A stretch of DNA of 64,000 nt from an uncultured Candidatus Saccharibacteria bacterium (GCA_964607415.1 CAZSKK010000002.1:224585-288584), one strand, 5' to 3'. Shown: positions 28,080 through 39,102, counted from the first letter of the stretch. Notes: generated by a model from the sequence alone, not told the origin. Made by a program: numbers and translations.

Positions 28080-29474
28080 TTATATCTTAATTACTTCAAA
28101 TAAATTTGGAAAGAAAGGTGTTTCGTCTAACGGAGCTTTAGAAACTAATAAAATTCTATCGCCAGTTGTCACAATGTTTAACTCTTTACATTTATCAATA
28201 ATAATCTTAATTGCTTCATCTCTATCTGTTCCCACCGGTGCAATGCTAAAAGCATCATTAATACCCTTATAAATCATTGCAACCCTTGCACTAAATTCAT
28301 CAATTACCAATGCGTATATAGGCTGCTTTATTGCATGCCTTCCAATAAGTCTTGCAGCCCTTCCTGTCCTTGAAACAGCAATCACTTTATCAATTGAGTT
28401 TCTCATGTTTATGCATAGCTCTGCTGCAGACTTTGATATTGCATCAATATCTTCACTAACATCTAAAGCCCTGCTTTTAATAATTTTAGGCTCTAAACTT
28501 TTTTCAACTTCAAGTGCAATTTTTGATAAAAATCTAACTGCCTCCACAGGATATTTTCCCGCAGAGCTTTCCCCGGAAAGCATAACTGCATCTGTTCCTT
28601 GCATTATTGCTGTGGCAACATCATTAGCCTCTGCTCTTGTTGGTCTTGGATTAATGGTCATAGATTCAAGCATTTGGGTTGCGGTAACCACAGGTTTGCC
28701 AGCTGCATTACATTTTTCAATTAGTAATTTCTGAATCATAGGAACTTTCTCTAATCCAAGCTCAACTCCCAAACCTCCCCTTGCAATCATTATTCCATCA
28801 ACTATATCAAGAATCTGGTCAATATTATTTACACCTTCCATGTCTTCAATTTTTGCAAATAATTTCATTGCGCTATTACCAAGAAAGTCTTTAATATATT
28901 TTGCTGATGATGCATTTTGAACAAAAGAAGCTGAAACTATATCCCAGCCTGTTTTGATTGCATGGTTTAGATTCAGCTTATCCTTATCTGTTAGTATATC
29001 TACAGCAAAGTTTCCTCCAGGAAAATTTAATGCCTTTCCTGGCTTTAAAACCTCTCCAAAAATTACTTCACAAATCATCGTAGTGCCCCTAATTTCCTTG
29101 ATAACCATTTCTACGTCTCCATCGCCTATAACTACTCTTTGACCCGGTTTAACAAACGAATAGACATTTCTATAGTTAGCAGGATATATTTCTGCCGATT
29201 CATCATTCCCAATTTCTAAAATGTCTCCTGGCCTTATACTTTTTATCTCTGGAAATTTATTCATTCTAACCTCAGGACCTTTAACATCAATCATCAATGA
29301 TACTTTGCTGCTAACGTTTTTGACTAATGCTTTTACCTTATCAAGTTCATCCGGATCAGCAAAAGCTCCATTAACCCTTGCACAATTCATTCCAGCACCT
29401 ATCATCTGTCTCATTACTTCTTGGTCCCAAGTAGCGGGACCTATTGTACATATAATTTTTGTTTTCTTTTCCAT
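28080..29474 (-). CDS. pyk: Pyruvate kinase
   Basis: KTKIICTIGPAT N-terminus, 464 aa. Confidence 0.95.
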   Translation of the reverse strand: MEKKTKIICTIGPATWDQEVMRQMIGAGMNCARVNGAFADPDELDKVKALVKNVSSKVSLMIDVKGPEVRMNKFPEIKSIRPGDILEIGNDESAEIYPANYRNVYSFVKPGQRVVIGDGDVEMVIKEIRGTTMICEVIFGEVLKPGKALNFPGGNFAVDILTDKDKLNLNHAIKTGWDIVSASFVQNASSAKYIKDFLGNSAMKLFAKIEDMEGVNNIDQILDIVDGIMIARGGLGVELGLEKVPMIQKLLIEKCNAAGKPVVTATQMLESMTINPRPTRAEANDVATAIMQGTDAVMLSGESSAGKYPVEAVRFLSKIALEVEKSLEPKIIKSRALDVSEDIDAISKSAAELCINMRNSIDKVIAVSRTGRAARLIGRHAIKQPIYALVIDEFSARVAMIYKGINDAFSIAPVGTDRDEAIKIIIDKCKELNIVTTGDRILLVSKAPLDETPFFPNLFEVIKI

Positions 29475-29734
29475 ATAATTCTTTAAACATAAATATTCTA
29501 CAAAAAAGTTAGCGTGTTTGCGAGTTTAAGTGTTACCGAATTCTTAATTTTAGTTTTTAGCTAATTGCTTTCTGCTAAATGCTAATAGCTTATGCATTAC
29601 AACTCAATGAATGATTTTTACTATTCTGCCCTCAATATTCCTATATTCCTATCACAAACTATTCTAAAACTCTCCTCCAAACACAATCACCTTTTGCTAT
29701 TACTTGAAAAAGAAATCAACGAAAACACAACAAA

Positions 29735-29758
29735 ATTTATCAACAAAACTTATCCACC
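29735..29758. promoter_or_regulatory. DnaA-box pair upstream of dnaN (TTATCAACA, TTATCCACC)
   Basis: Two close 9-mers matching TTATCCACA consensus in AT-rich region upstream of dnaN. Confidence 0.4.
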
Positions 29759-29863
29759 TGATTAAAATCCCGGAATTTAATGCTATAATTACAAAGCAAA
29801 AAGAATATACACATATTCTTTGTTCCTAATACTATAACTTCTAATTTATAAATATATTAAAGT

Positions 29864-31015
29864 ATGAAAGTAACAGTAAACCATGAAAAGATAGCAAAAA
29901 GCCTTTCCTATATAAGCAAATCTGTTAGTCAAAAACCAAATATTCCTGTTCTATCTAATGTACTTTTTGTAAGTGAAAAAACAGGGGTAATGCTTTCTGC
30001 TACGAACTTAGACATGAGTTTACAAATGTGGATACCTGCAAAAGTAGACGAAGAAGGGTCTACAACTATTTCAGCAAAATACTTTGCAGATTTTGTTTCT
30101 GCGACAACCGGCGATAATGTGGATATTGTTTTAAAAGATAATGTTGTAAATGTGCAAACAAAATTCTCAAAGGCAAGTTTTAATACTATTGCTGCACAAG
30201 AGTTTCCAGTGCTTCCAAAAGCAAAAGGCAGTCCATTGTTTTCTATTGATACTGCAGAGTTTATAAAGTCATTAGAGAAAGTAAGCTTTGCCTGCTCAAC
30301 AGATATCTCTGCAGGTAAAATTCAGCAATCTGGGATTTTATTTGAGTTTGATAAGGAAGTGAATGACAAAATTACATTTGTGGGACTTGATAGTTTTAGA
30401 CTTTCAAAGAGGGATTCAAAGATAGCTGATCTTGATAAAGACTTTCCAAAAAGTGAGATTATAGTTCCTTCTAAATATTTAACAGAACTGTCAAGAATTC
30501 TTTTGGATAATCCTAAATTAGATAAAATTGATGTATTTTTGAGCGAATCAAAATCTCAAATAATATTTAAAGTAGAAGATTTGGAGTTTAGTGTAAGGCT
30601 AATTGAAGGGCCATATCCTGACTACAAAAGAATACTTCCAGACTCTTTCTCCTATTCTTTTGAGGTGAAAAAAGCAGAATTTGAAAAATCCATAAAAGTT
30701 GTAAATACTTTTGCAAGGAGTAATTTAGGTAATAAAACACTTTTTGATTTTGATGTTGAAAAATCTAACTTAAACTTAAAATCAGCAGTCGCAGAAGTTG
30801 GAGAAAATGAAACTACGTTAGAAATAGAGAGAGTTGATGGGGCAAGTGACCTTAATTCTGCATACAATTTGAGATATCTTCAAGATCTTGTTTCCCATGT
30901 GGATGGGGATACAATTCGTTTTGAGACAAAAGGACCTCTTGCAGCTTCAGTTTTTAAAGATAAAAGTGACCCAACGTTTATGCATTTGATAATGCCATTA
31001 AGACGTGAAGCATAG
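29864..31015 (+). CDS. dnaN: DNA polymerase III beta sliding clamp
   Basis: 383 aa; start MKVTVN..IAKSLSYISKSVSQKP..PVLSNVLF typical of DnaN. Confidence 0.9.
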   Translation: MKVTVNHEKIAKSLSYISKSVSQKPNIPVLSNVLFVSEKTGVMLSATNLDMSLQMWIPAKVDEEGSTTISAKYFADFVSATTGDNVDIVLKDNVVNVQTKFSKASFNTIAAQEFPVLPKAKGSPLFSIDTAEFIKSLEKVSFACSTDISAGKIQQSGILFEFDKEVNDKITFVGLDSFRLSKRDSKIADLDKDFPKSEIIVPSKYLTELSRILLDNPKLDKIDVFLSESKSQIIFKVEDLEFSVRLIEGPYPDYKRILPDSFSYSFEVKKAEFEKSIKVVNTFARSNLGNKTLFDFDVEKSNLNLKSAVAEVGENETTLEIERVDGASDLNSAYNLRYLQDLVSHVDGDTIRFETKGPLAASVFKDKSDPTFMHLIMPLRREA

Positions 31016-31116
31016 AAGCGTTATAAAGTTTCAATATTACATCGTTTTTGAAATTTTTTGTTTAAATTTGAACTCTTTGCAACGTTGGTAGATAATGGTT
31101 TAGTTATAACCGAAGT

Positions 31117-32184
31117 ATGAATTTAAGCCTTTCAAAGTTTGACGACAAAGATTCAATTGTTTGGAATGAATTGAATAATTCTTCAGAACATTCAACTTTT
31201 CTTACATCTTTAGAATGGATAAGGTTTCAAAAGAGTTTGGGTAGAGAAATTGAACAATATTTTATTAAAAATGAAAACGATCCTATAGGAATTTTATACG
31301 TTGAATTTCATAGAAGGAAAATAGCAAAATATGCTTATGCTCCTTATAACCCAATAATTGACTGGAAAAAACTTGGGCTAGAATTTAACGATCTGTCTGT
31401 AGATTTAGTATTCACTTCTCTTAAACCTTTTTTTAAACAAATAATTTTAGAAAAAAAAGTCAATGTTTTTAGATTTGACCAATTCGTAGAAAGAAAATAT
31501 ATAAACGGTTTCAAGAAAGCTGGCTTTAAAAAATCTTTAGCTATAGGACAATCTAAAGATTCATTAATACTAGATATTTCAAGATCTGCCAATGAAATTA
31601 AAGCTGGAATGACAAAAAAATCCAGGTGGGAATTAAAAAAGGCCTTAGAAAACGATTTGGAATTTATAATTGCTTCAACGGAAGAGCACGTTAAGGAATT
31701 TTCAAAGTTAATGAGTGAAACAACTTCTAGAAAAAATTTTGCAAACTTTGATGAGGATCATTTTTTAAAAGAGTTTCGTTTTCTAAAGTCTTTTGGCGTA
31801 ATCGATATTTTTCTAATAAAATATAAAAATCAGTATACTGCTGCGGCATTATTTAATTATTTTAATAAAAGTGCAAATTATACACATGGGTGCTCTACTT
31901 CGGATAAGGAACTGCAAAAAATTAGTACCCCAAGGGCATTGCACTGGAATATAATAAACTACCTAAAAACAAAAGGATTCGAAACATATAATATGTGGGG
32001 AGTAATTCCAGACGGTGTAAAAAAACATTCTCAAATGGGTGTATCCAATTTTAAAAAAAGCTGGGGAGGAAAAATTCTTCCTTTAACAGGAGTTTTAGAG
32101 ATTTATAATAATCCTCTAAAATACTATTTTACAAGATTTTTAGAATACTTTTTGTATAAAAAAGATAGATATAAAGACAATTAA
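31117..32184 (+). CDS. FemAB-family (FemX-like) aminoacyl-tRNA-dependent peptidoglycan peptidyltransferase homolog
   Basis: AALFNYFNKSANYTHGCS ... LHWNIINYLKTKGFETYNMWGV matches FemX core (YMYAGS...YDLGGIE region). Confidence 0.65.
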   Translation: MNLSLSKFDDKDSIVWNELNNSSEHSTFLTSLEWIRFQKSLGREIEQYFIKNENDPIGILYVEFHRRKIAKYAYAPYNPIIDWKKLGLEFNDLSVDLVFTSLKPFFKQIILEKKVNVFRFDQFVERKYINGFKKAGFKKSLAIGQSKDSLILDISRSANEIKAGMTKKSRWELKKALENDLEFIIASTEEHVKEFSKLMSETTSRKNFANFDEDHFLKEFRFLKSFGVIDIFLIKYKNQYTAAALFNYFNKSANYTHGCSTSDKELQKISTPRALHWNIINYLKTKGFETYNMWGVIPDGVKKHSQMGVSNFKKSWGGKILPLTGVLEIYNNPLKYYFTRFLEYFLYKKDRYKDN

Positions 32185-32197
32185 TAAATTTAATTTT

Positions 32198-32629
32198 ATG
32201 AAGGTAAAGATAAAAAGAGTGCATCCAGATGCAAAAATCCCTGAATACAAAACAAGTGGTGCAGCTGGCTGTGATATCTATACTATAGAAAAAGTAAACA
32301 TTAAACCTGGTGAGAGTCTAATGCTAAGAACAGGACTGGCATTCGAATTTCCAAAGAACTACTTTTTGATGATTGCACCAAGATCTTCTTTTGCATTAAA
32401 AAATAACCTTGATATACCAAATTCAATAGCTATAGGCGACGCAGATTACCGTGGTGAGTATTTGCTTGCAGTAAGAAATTTAGGCGGTAAAGAAATCACT
32501 ATAGAAAAACATGAAAGAATTGGACAAGTTTTGTTTATTCCAATTGTGCATGCTGAATTTCTTGAAGTTGAAGAACTGACTGAATCAAAAAGAGGTTCAG
32601 GTTCTTTTGGGTCTACAGGCAAATTCTAA
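32198..32629 (+). CDS. dut: dUTP diphosphatase
   Basis: IGDADYRGEY and RGSGSFGSTG motifs. Confidence 0.9.
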   Translation: MKVKIKRVHPDAKIPEYKTSGAAGCDIYTIEKVNIKPGESLMLRTGLAFEFPKNYFLMIAPRSSFALKNNLDIPNSIAIGDADYRGEYLLAVRNLGGKEITIEKHERIGQVLFIPIVHAEFLEVEELTESKRGSGSFGSTGKF

Positions 32630-32656
32630 ATAGAAGTTTTTAAAATTAAAAAAATT

Positions 32657-33547
32657 ATGCATTTACTTCAAAGTGAGTTCTGGAGAAAAGTAAAAAAGCA
32701 GGAAGGGAATGATATTTTTGATTTGAATGGAATATTTATTCAAACAACAAAAATACCTTTTCTTAAGAAGTATGTGGGATATATTCCAAGAGCCAATCTT
32801 AAAGATATTAATGTGGAAGTGCTAAAAGAATTTAGCAATAAAAATAATATTATTTTTATTAAAGTTGACCCTGTTAACTTAGCAAACGAAAAATTTTCTG
32901 AACTTGATAAATTAAAAAAAGTTAAAGCAGTTCAGTTACAAAGTACTGTTGTTTTAGATACTTCTAAATCTACAGAGGAACTTTTAGTAAATATGTCAAA
33001 AAATCATCGTTATAGTGTTAGGTACGCAGAAAAGAAAGGAGTTAAGGTAAAAATAGATTCTTCACAAGAAAGTTTTGAAGTATTTTTAGCTCTTTATAAA
33101 AAAACTGTTTCTAATAAAGGATATTCAGCTAGAAGTGAAGAGTATATTAAAAAAGTCTGGAAAACAGCGATTAATTATAACAATAACTTAGATTTAATTT
33201 TTATAGCTACAGCGTATTCTGAAAAAACTCCAATCGCCAGTGCGTTAGTAGTCAAATTTGAAAATACCTTATACTATTTATATGCAGGGAGTGATGAACG
33301 ATATAGAAATTTGATGCCTGGATACGCAGTTGTATGGGGTTTAATAAAATTTTGTAAAGAAAAAAACATAAAGTTTTTGGATTTAGTTGGCATAGAAGAA
33401 GATCAAACGTCTGGATTTAGCAGGTTTAAAGTAGGTTTTGGCGGTGAAACTATAAAATATAAGGAAAGCTTTGATTTAATAATAAATCCAATTTTATATA
33501 AACTATTTAATTTGGCAATGACCTTAAGAAAAAGGTTTAGTTTTTGA
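32657..33547 (+). CDS. FemAB-family (FemX-like) peptidyltransferase homolog
   Basis: LYYLYAGSDERYRNLMPGYAVVWGLIKFCKEKNIKFLDLVGIE closely parallels FemX IWYMYAGS..YAPYAVQ..YDLGGIE. Confidence 0.7.
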   Translation: MHLLQSEFWRKVKKQEGNDIFDLNGIFIQTTKIPFLKKYVGYIPRANLKDINVEVLKEFSNKNNIIFIKVDPVNLANEKFSELDKLKKVKAVQLQSTVVLDTSKSTEELLVNMSKNHRYSVRYAEKKGVKVKIDSSQESFEVFLALYKKTVSNKGYSARSEEYIKKVWKTAINYNNNLDLIFIATAYSEKTPIASALVVKFENTLYYLYAGSDERYRNLMPGYAVVWGLIKFCKEKNIKFLDLVGIEEDQTSGFSRFKVGFGGETIKYKESFDLIINPILYKLFNLAMTLRKRFSF

Positions 33548-33631
33548 AGAAATAATACTAGTTAGATTCAAGAATTGATTTATCTTTCAATTCAAAAAAT
33601 CTCATGAATCCTGAATTATTATTCTAAATCT

Positions 33632-34879
33632 ATGAAATATCCAATATTTATTGCTGCATCACCAAATACTCAAGTAGATGATTTCTTGCTTAGCATAAGA
33701 AAACTTTTAAGTCCATGGACGTGGAATGGTTTAAATGATGTTTTAAAACTAGAATCAGAACTGAAAGAGTATATTGGAGTAAAAAATGCAGTTATCACTG
33801 ATTCTGGAAGAAGCTCGCTTTATCTAGTTCTAAAAACATTGAATTTAAAATCAACAGATGAAGTATTACTGCCCTCTTTCACTTGTTTAGTAGTGGCAAA
33901 CGCCGCTCATTACGCTGGGGCAAAATTAAAATTTGTTGATACATCTAAGGATGATTTCAATTTCGATCTTGAAGACTTGAAATCTAAAATTAATAAGAAC
34001 ACTAAAGCTATTCTGGTTCAGCATACATTTGGTAAAAAAATTGATGTAGAAAAAATAAAAGAACTTATCTCTAGATTTGACCACAAGATTGTTTTGATTG
34101 AAGATTGGGCTCATAGTTTAAAAAGAGATGAGAAACTTTTAGGGGATGTGGCGATTCTCACTTTCGGAATTGAGAAGCTGATTTCTGGCGTAAGGCTTGG
34201 TGCTGTAGTCACCAATGACGAAAAATTGAATTACAAATTACGAGAGTCTATCTCAGCCCTTCCTAAATTTCCGCTAAAAAAGAACTTGGTTTCTATTTTA
34301 AACCCAATTTTCTGGTTTTTAGCAAATCCATTACATGTTGTAGGAATTGGAAAGTATTCGATTGGAGCAGTTGTCCGAGGACTATGGAGAAAGCTAGGTT
34401 TTTTGGGAATAATGATAGAAAAACAAGAACATAAAGCAGAAAAACCCGACTGGTTTGCATGTAAACCTTCGAATTCGTTGGCTTCTTTGGCTAGAAATCA
34501 GCTTAAAAAACTTGATAAATTTAATGCCGAAAGATCTAAGATTGCTAGAACTTATCATGAAAAACTTTTCGCAATCTCTGATGAAGTTGAATTTAACGAG
34601 CAAAGGGTATATTTAAGATATCCGGTTTTACTTAAGAATGAAGAATCAAGAATGAAGATTTGGAATACAGCAAAAGAGCAAAGAATTACTTTAGGAGATT
34701 GGTATATGGTTCCACTTTATTCTAAATATGTTAATCAAAAAACTTACAAAACTTTAGGTTATGATCCGAAACAAACACCAGTTACAGTTGATAAGTGTAG
34801 AAGAGTTTTAAATCTTCCAACAGGGATAATTATTTCCGAGAAAAGAGCCAAATCTTTAACAAGCAAAATTTCTTCTTAG
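33632..34879 (+). CDS. DegT/DnrJ/EryC1/StrS-family PLP-dependent aminotransferase
   Basis: N-terminal pattern and TFGIEKLISG (SFxxxK lysine) motif. Confidence 0.7.
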   Translation: MKYPIFIAASPNTQVDDFLLSIRKLLSPWTWNGLNDVLKLESELKEYIGVKNAVITDSGRSSLYLVLKTLNLKSTDEVLLPSFTCLVVANAAHYAGAKLKFVDTSKDDFNFDLEDLKSKINKNTKAILVQHTFGKKIDVEKIKELISRFDHKIVLIEDWAHSLKRDEKLLGDVAILTFGIEKLISGVRLGAVVTNDEKLNYKLRESISALPKFPLKKNLVSILNPIFWFLANPLHVVGIGKYSIGAVVRGLWRKLGFLGIMIEKQEHKAEKPDWFACKPSNSLASLARNQLKKLDKFNAERSKIARTYHEKLFAISDEVEFNEQRVYLRYPVLLKNEESRMKIWNTAKEQRITLGDWYMVPLYSKYVNQKTYKTLGYDPKQTPVTVDKCRRVLNLPTGIIISEKRAKSLTSKISS

Positions 34880-34925
34880 GATAAGATTAAACTAGAGTGT
34901 TTTATATCCAATTGGGATAAAAAAT

Positions 34926-35279
34926 TTAGGCTTCTATGTCTTCGTAAACACTATGTGCCACAAGAGTATATTCACCGTTAAACTCGTTATCAAAGTAGCT
35001 TTGAAATTCTTCAGAAACGTCTTTAACATTTGCCAAGCCATAGGTGTAAAGTTTTCCCGTGTACATATGAATCACTTTATTTTCAGCAAGCTCAAACTTT
35101 AATAATTCCATATTTCTTGTTTCCCGATCAAACATTGTTACTTCAATTTCCGAACATCCTTTGTCTAGACCTTTTTTTAATGCTTGAACTATCTGTGTGA
35201 ACTCTATTTTTCTAAAGTTGAGCGCTACAGTTGCTTCATGTTTTTTCCCAGGAAGTTCAAGAATTTGAGTCTGATTCAT
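34926..35279 (-). CDS. Hypothetical protein
   Basis: 117 aa, no motif. Confidence 0.3.
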   Translation of the reverse strand: MNQTQILELPGKKHEATVALNFRKIEFTQIVQALKKGLDKGCSEIEVTMFDRETRNMELLKFELAENKVIHMYTGKLYTYGLANVKDVSEEFQSYFDNEFNGEYTLVAHSVYEDIEA

Positions 35280-35355
35280 AGGAGAGAATTAAAATATATA
35301 CCAAAGTATACAACAGCAAAAAAGGGAGTACAATTTGAAGAAAGTAGCGAAAGTT

Positions 35356-36567
35356 TTAATTTATGAAATTCAAATACTGAATTGAGACCCATCCACTCTT
35401 TCCATCACCTAAATCAATTTTGATATATCCATTTCCGGCATCTTCGAGCATAAAAAATCTTTGCCCTGGAGATACTCTTCCAGTTTCAGATGCAACACTA
35501 GAAGCATCAGATCTAACTCTTAAATAGCCAAGTTCAGTATTTCGTACCTCTACTATCCTTTTGGATGAGGATTGAAGATTTAAGGTAAGTTCAACAATAG
35601 TATTGGTAAGCTTGTTCCCATTGATGTTTTTGATTTCAAAACTCTCAGTTTTACTTCCAATAAACAAAGGAGCTTTTAACTTAAACTGGAATGTACCTTC
35701 TCTTCCTGGCAGTAAGGTTTCCCCATCAGTCATCAAGGGAATTTGAGTTGTGCTCAACCACTCATTGTTAAGAAAAAAAGAACTAGTTGAATTGTCTGTT
35801 TTTGAAAGTACAATTTCAGATTGTGTCCCAGAGTAAATTGCATGCTCACTTGTGTTTCTGATTGTTACTGATCCAATCACTTCTGTACCTGGTTCTACAC
35901 TGTCAGTAGGTAAATTTTTAGAAGAAAGTTCGGCAGAGTAAGATTTTTGTATAGGTGCGTAGCTTTGAGTTACAAAATTTTTAATCTCATTTAAGGATAA
36001 ATTCCAGCTGCCAATCACATCACTTTTTTCTATACTTACGGTTCTCGTGGCTGAATCTTTAATAAACTTGATAGAGCTAACTTGAATGTTTTCTGGTTTT
36101 ATAGAATTTGTATTTGCAACTTCTAAAGAAAGATTTTTCAAAGCTATCATAGATCGTGGATCAAAGTTACTTGCAAATCTATCAGAAAGGTAAGCAATTA
36201 CAACGGGATTTCCTTCAATACCAGAAATATTAATCCTTCTCTCATCTCCTCCTGAATTCCCTTCAAAAATTTTACCTGTTCTACTAACGATATAGTGAAA
36301 AGGAATATCATTAAATCCCAGTCTTTGTATTGTGTAATAGTATAAACCTCTAAACCAGGTAGTATCATTAGTATCCAGTTCTTCTGTTGGCGGGAAAATA
36401 GGCACAATCAAAATTTTATTTGGAGAAGTAAAACTTGTATCTTCTTTTGTAATGCTAGTATCTAAGTTTACTTGTGATAAAGTAACAAGATTTGCAGCAC
36501 TTACCAAGTTTGTACTTGCTGCAAGAATCAATAGGGATATTGTAAGTAAAAAAATTTTTTTCATCAA
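35356..36567 (-). CDS. Secreted protein with C-terminal SH3b-like domain
   Basis: Signal peptide MMKKIFLLTISLLILAAS; C-terminal GYIKIDLGDGKSGWVSIQYL. Confidence 0.4.
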   Translation of the reverse strand: MMKKIFLLTISLLILAASTNLVSAANLVTLSQVNLDTSITKEDTSFTSPNKILIVPIFPPTEELDTNDTTWFRGLYYYTIQRLGFNDIPFHYIVSRTGKIFEGNSGGDERRINISGIEGNPVVIAYLSDRFASNFDPRSMIALKNLSLEVANTNSIKPENIQVSSIKFIKDSATRTVSIEKSDVIGSWNLSLNEIKNFVTQSYAPIQKSYSAELSSKNLPTDSVEPGTEVIGSVTIRNTSEHAIYSGTQSEIVLSKTDNSTSSFFLNNEWLSTTQIPLMTDGETLLPGREGTFQFKLKAPLFIGSKTESFEIKNINGNKLTNTIVELTLNLQSSSKRIVEVRNTELGYLRVRSDASSVASETGRVSPGQRFFMLEDAGNGYIKIDLGDGKSGWVSIQYLNFIN

Positions 36568-37487
36568 ATTAAACTTAAATAAAGTGTTAATCCAAGCTTA
36601 TCATCAATTTCTCCTTTTTTTATTGCTAAATCAAGATCAAAAAGTTTTTTAGAAAAATTTTTTAAATCATTTACTGAAAAGCGTTTTGCTTTTTCTAATG
36701 TTTTGGATAATACAAATGGATGAAGCTTTAAAACTTCGGGTCTTATTTTATTTTCAATACAATAAATGGCTTTAGATAAAATATTAATTTCTCTATTAAT
36801 CATAGCAATCAAGAATTGCGTATTGTCCTCAAAGCGGCTTAATTTTTCAAATTCTAAAAGAGCACTCTTGGCATTTCTTTCGCCAAAACTATCTAAAAAC
36901 TTCCATATATCACCCTTAGCGTTCAAACCTAATAAAATATTTAAATCATCATCAGAAATAGTTTTGCTATCTTTATTTAACAGAAAAAGTCTAATTTTTT
37001 CAATTTCATTTTCTAAAAACCATTTATTATCACCAATCCGCTCTAATAAAAAATTCTTCTGACTAAAAGTTAAACTAATTTCTTTCTTTTGAATTAGGCT
37101 ATCTAGCCATTTCAAAATTGCTCTAGGTTTTTGGAGTTCAAATGTATAAATTAAACCTTTATCCTTAGTTAGTTTAAAAATTTTTGAACGAGCATCTATT
37201 TTATCATCTTCCCAAATTAAAATTTCGTACTTTGAAAGAGTTTCAAAATTTTCAACCACATAAGTCTCTAGTTTCTTATTACCACTTAATCTTTTTAGTA
37301 AAATTATAAAATTTTCAGAGAACATACCTATCCCTTCTAACTCGTCAACAAAATTTTGAATGTTAGAAATAGAAGCTGCATCTATAATTTTTAATTCGGA
37401 AGCAGTTTTTTTTGCAAGTGTTACCACTTCTTCTTTTACTTTTTTATAACTTTCGTATGTGTCTTGTCCTGAAAAAAGATAAATCAT
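36564..37487 (-). CDS. holA: DNA polymerase III delta subunit
   Basis: MIYLFSGQDTY start and C-terminal LHPF...IKKGE pattern of HolA. Confidence 0.6.
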   Translation of the reverse strand: MIYLFSGQDTYESYKKVKEEVVTLAKKTASELKIIDAASISNIQNFVDELEGIGMFSENFIILLKRLSGNKKLETYVVENFETLSKYEILIWEDDKIDARSKIFKLTKDKGLIYTFELQKPRAILKWLDSLIQKKEISLTFSQKNFLLERIGDNKWFLENEIEKIRLFLLNKDSKTISDDDLNILLGLNAKGDIWKFLDSFGERNAKSALLEFEKLSRFEDNTQFLIAMINREINILSKAIYCIENKIRPEVLKLHPFVLSKTLEKAKRFSVNDLKNFSKKLFDLDLAIKKGEIDDKLGLTLYLSLI

Positions 37488-37488
37488 T

Positions 37489-38325
37489 TTAAAAAAGATT
37501 GGCCTTAACTTCTAAATTTACAACAACTTGCCCATCTTGAATATCTATACTTTGAATTTTATAGTTTTCATTAAAATCAACAAGTTGATTAAATATTTGA
37601 TCCGCATTTCTGTCTTCTGATCCAAAATCTAATATATTTAAAGCAACGTCACTAATTGCTTTGTTAACAAAAGAAGGTAACCCTACCCTATTTGTACCTA
37701 TTTTGTTAATTTGTAGTTCGTTAGCATTATTCTTTGAGATTTCTATAATACCCCAAAGCGGTTCGTTGTTTTCTATTTCATCTAAATTCCACAGTATTCG
37801 AATGGTATTTAACTTGGTATCGATAGTTAGATTCTTCAGCTGAGGAATATTTTTTCTTCCAATTGCAGTTAGTTGATTTTCAGTAATTACTATTTGATTA
37901 TCACCAATATTATCGATTTGATTATTTAGCTCAGCTGTAGCATCTTCATAAGAAAGATTATTAAATTGCTCAACATTTATGTCATTATTCAAAAAATCAA
38001 CAAATCGTTTCCACAAAGCATCTGGTTTTGCGATAACTAAATATAAAAGTCCTACAATTAATAATATTAGTACTAAACAACCGCCACATCCAAAAGTTCT
38101 GCAACCACACCCAGGTATGCAACCATTTCCATTTTTGCCTCTTTCTACATATACTATTTCCTTTTCGATTTCTTTCGAGGGTTCGGGTTTTCTTTTTGCT
38201 TCCTTTTTAGGTGTGTTTTCAATTTCATCAGCCAGGTTATAGTCATTAAAAGGGATTTCTTTTACTGTTGGACTATTATTGGCTAAATCTTTATTATTTT
38301 TAAGAGAAGAGTTGGTTGTATTCAT
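37489..38325 (-). CDS. Hypothetical membrane-anchored protein with Cys-rich segment
   Basis: GNGCIPGCGCRTFGCGGC followed by TM helix; co-transcribed with holA. Confidence 0.35.
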   Translation of the reverse strand: MNTTNSSLKNNKDLANNSPTVKEIPFNDYNLADEIENTPKKEAKRKPEPSKEIEKEIVYVERGKNGNGCIPGCGCRTFGCGGCLVLILLIVGLLYLVIAKPDALWKRFVDFLNNDINVEQFNNLSYEDATAELNNQIDNIGDNQIVITENQLTAIGRKNIPQLKNLTIDTKLNTIRILWNLDEIENNEPLWGIIEISKNNANELQINKIGTNRVGLPSFVNKAISDVALNILDFGSEDRNADQIFNQLVDFNENYKIQSIDIQDGQVVVNLEVKANLF

Positions 38326-38466
38326 ATTTGTAAATATGTTTATGAATAAAGAAAAAACTTGTAGTCATTTAAAGCAGAAACAAGTGAAAATTATTTTGAT
38401 TGTAAACAGGTAATTGTTTATATTAGTATATCAGATTTGATGTAGAATATAATTAATTCAGGCATT

Positions 38467-39102
38467 TTGATATTTAATTTTGAGTCAGCAAACAGCGGAC
38501 GAAAGTCTTGTGTTTGTTGCAAAGTGTTAAAGTTACAACGTTTTAAAGTTAAACTTTTTAACTTAAGAATTTTTATGAGACAAACAATAATCTGGCTAGT
38601 ATTAGGAATCATGATTTTAGCATTCACAAGAGTTTTTGTGGGTAGTATTTCACCTTTTAAAGAGGGTAATCTGAATGAATTAATACAGTCCAAAGAAATT
38701 GGACCAGAAGAATGGGAGAAGTTAAATACAGAAATAAATATAGCAATAGAGAGGGGTCTAATTTTTGAATATCTTTCAGTTAATGCATACATCGGGGCGT
38801 TTTTGGTTTCACTTTCGCTTTTTTGTATTTTTACGTCAATCCACCTATCTATAGATAAACTATTTTTTAAAGATTTTTATGTGCGAGCATCACTGTTTGA
38901 TGCAACTCGTAGATCCTTTCTATTTGTACTAGCTATAAACGGAATTATTTACCTGCTTTTATATAATACTGAAATTTACGTTGTATTAGTTACTCCACTT
39001 TTAGCGCTAATTGTTGAAATTTTATTTACAAAATATGTAAAAGAAGTATTTGTTCAAAAGGTTAGAAGAATAAATGAGCTGTCCAAAAAACCTTCGGTTT
39101 AA
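38467..39102 (+). CDS. Hypothetical membrane protein (start possibly internal Met near 38575)
   Basis: Multiple TM helices. Confidence 0.35.
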   Translation: MIFNFESANSGRKSCVCCKVLKLQRFKVKLFNLRIFMRQTIIWLVLGIMILAFTRVFVGSISPFKEGNLNELIQSKEIGPEEWEKLNTEINIAIERGLIFEYLSVNAYIGAFLVSLSLFCIFTSIHLSIDKLFFKDFYVRASLFDATRRSFLFVLAINGIIYLLLYNTEIYVVLVTPLLALIVEILFTKYVKEVFVQKVRRINELSKKPSV

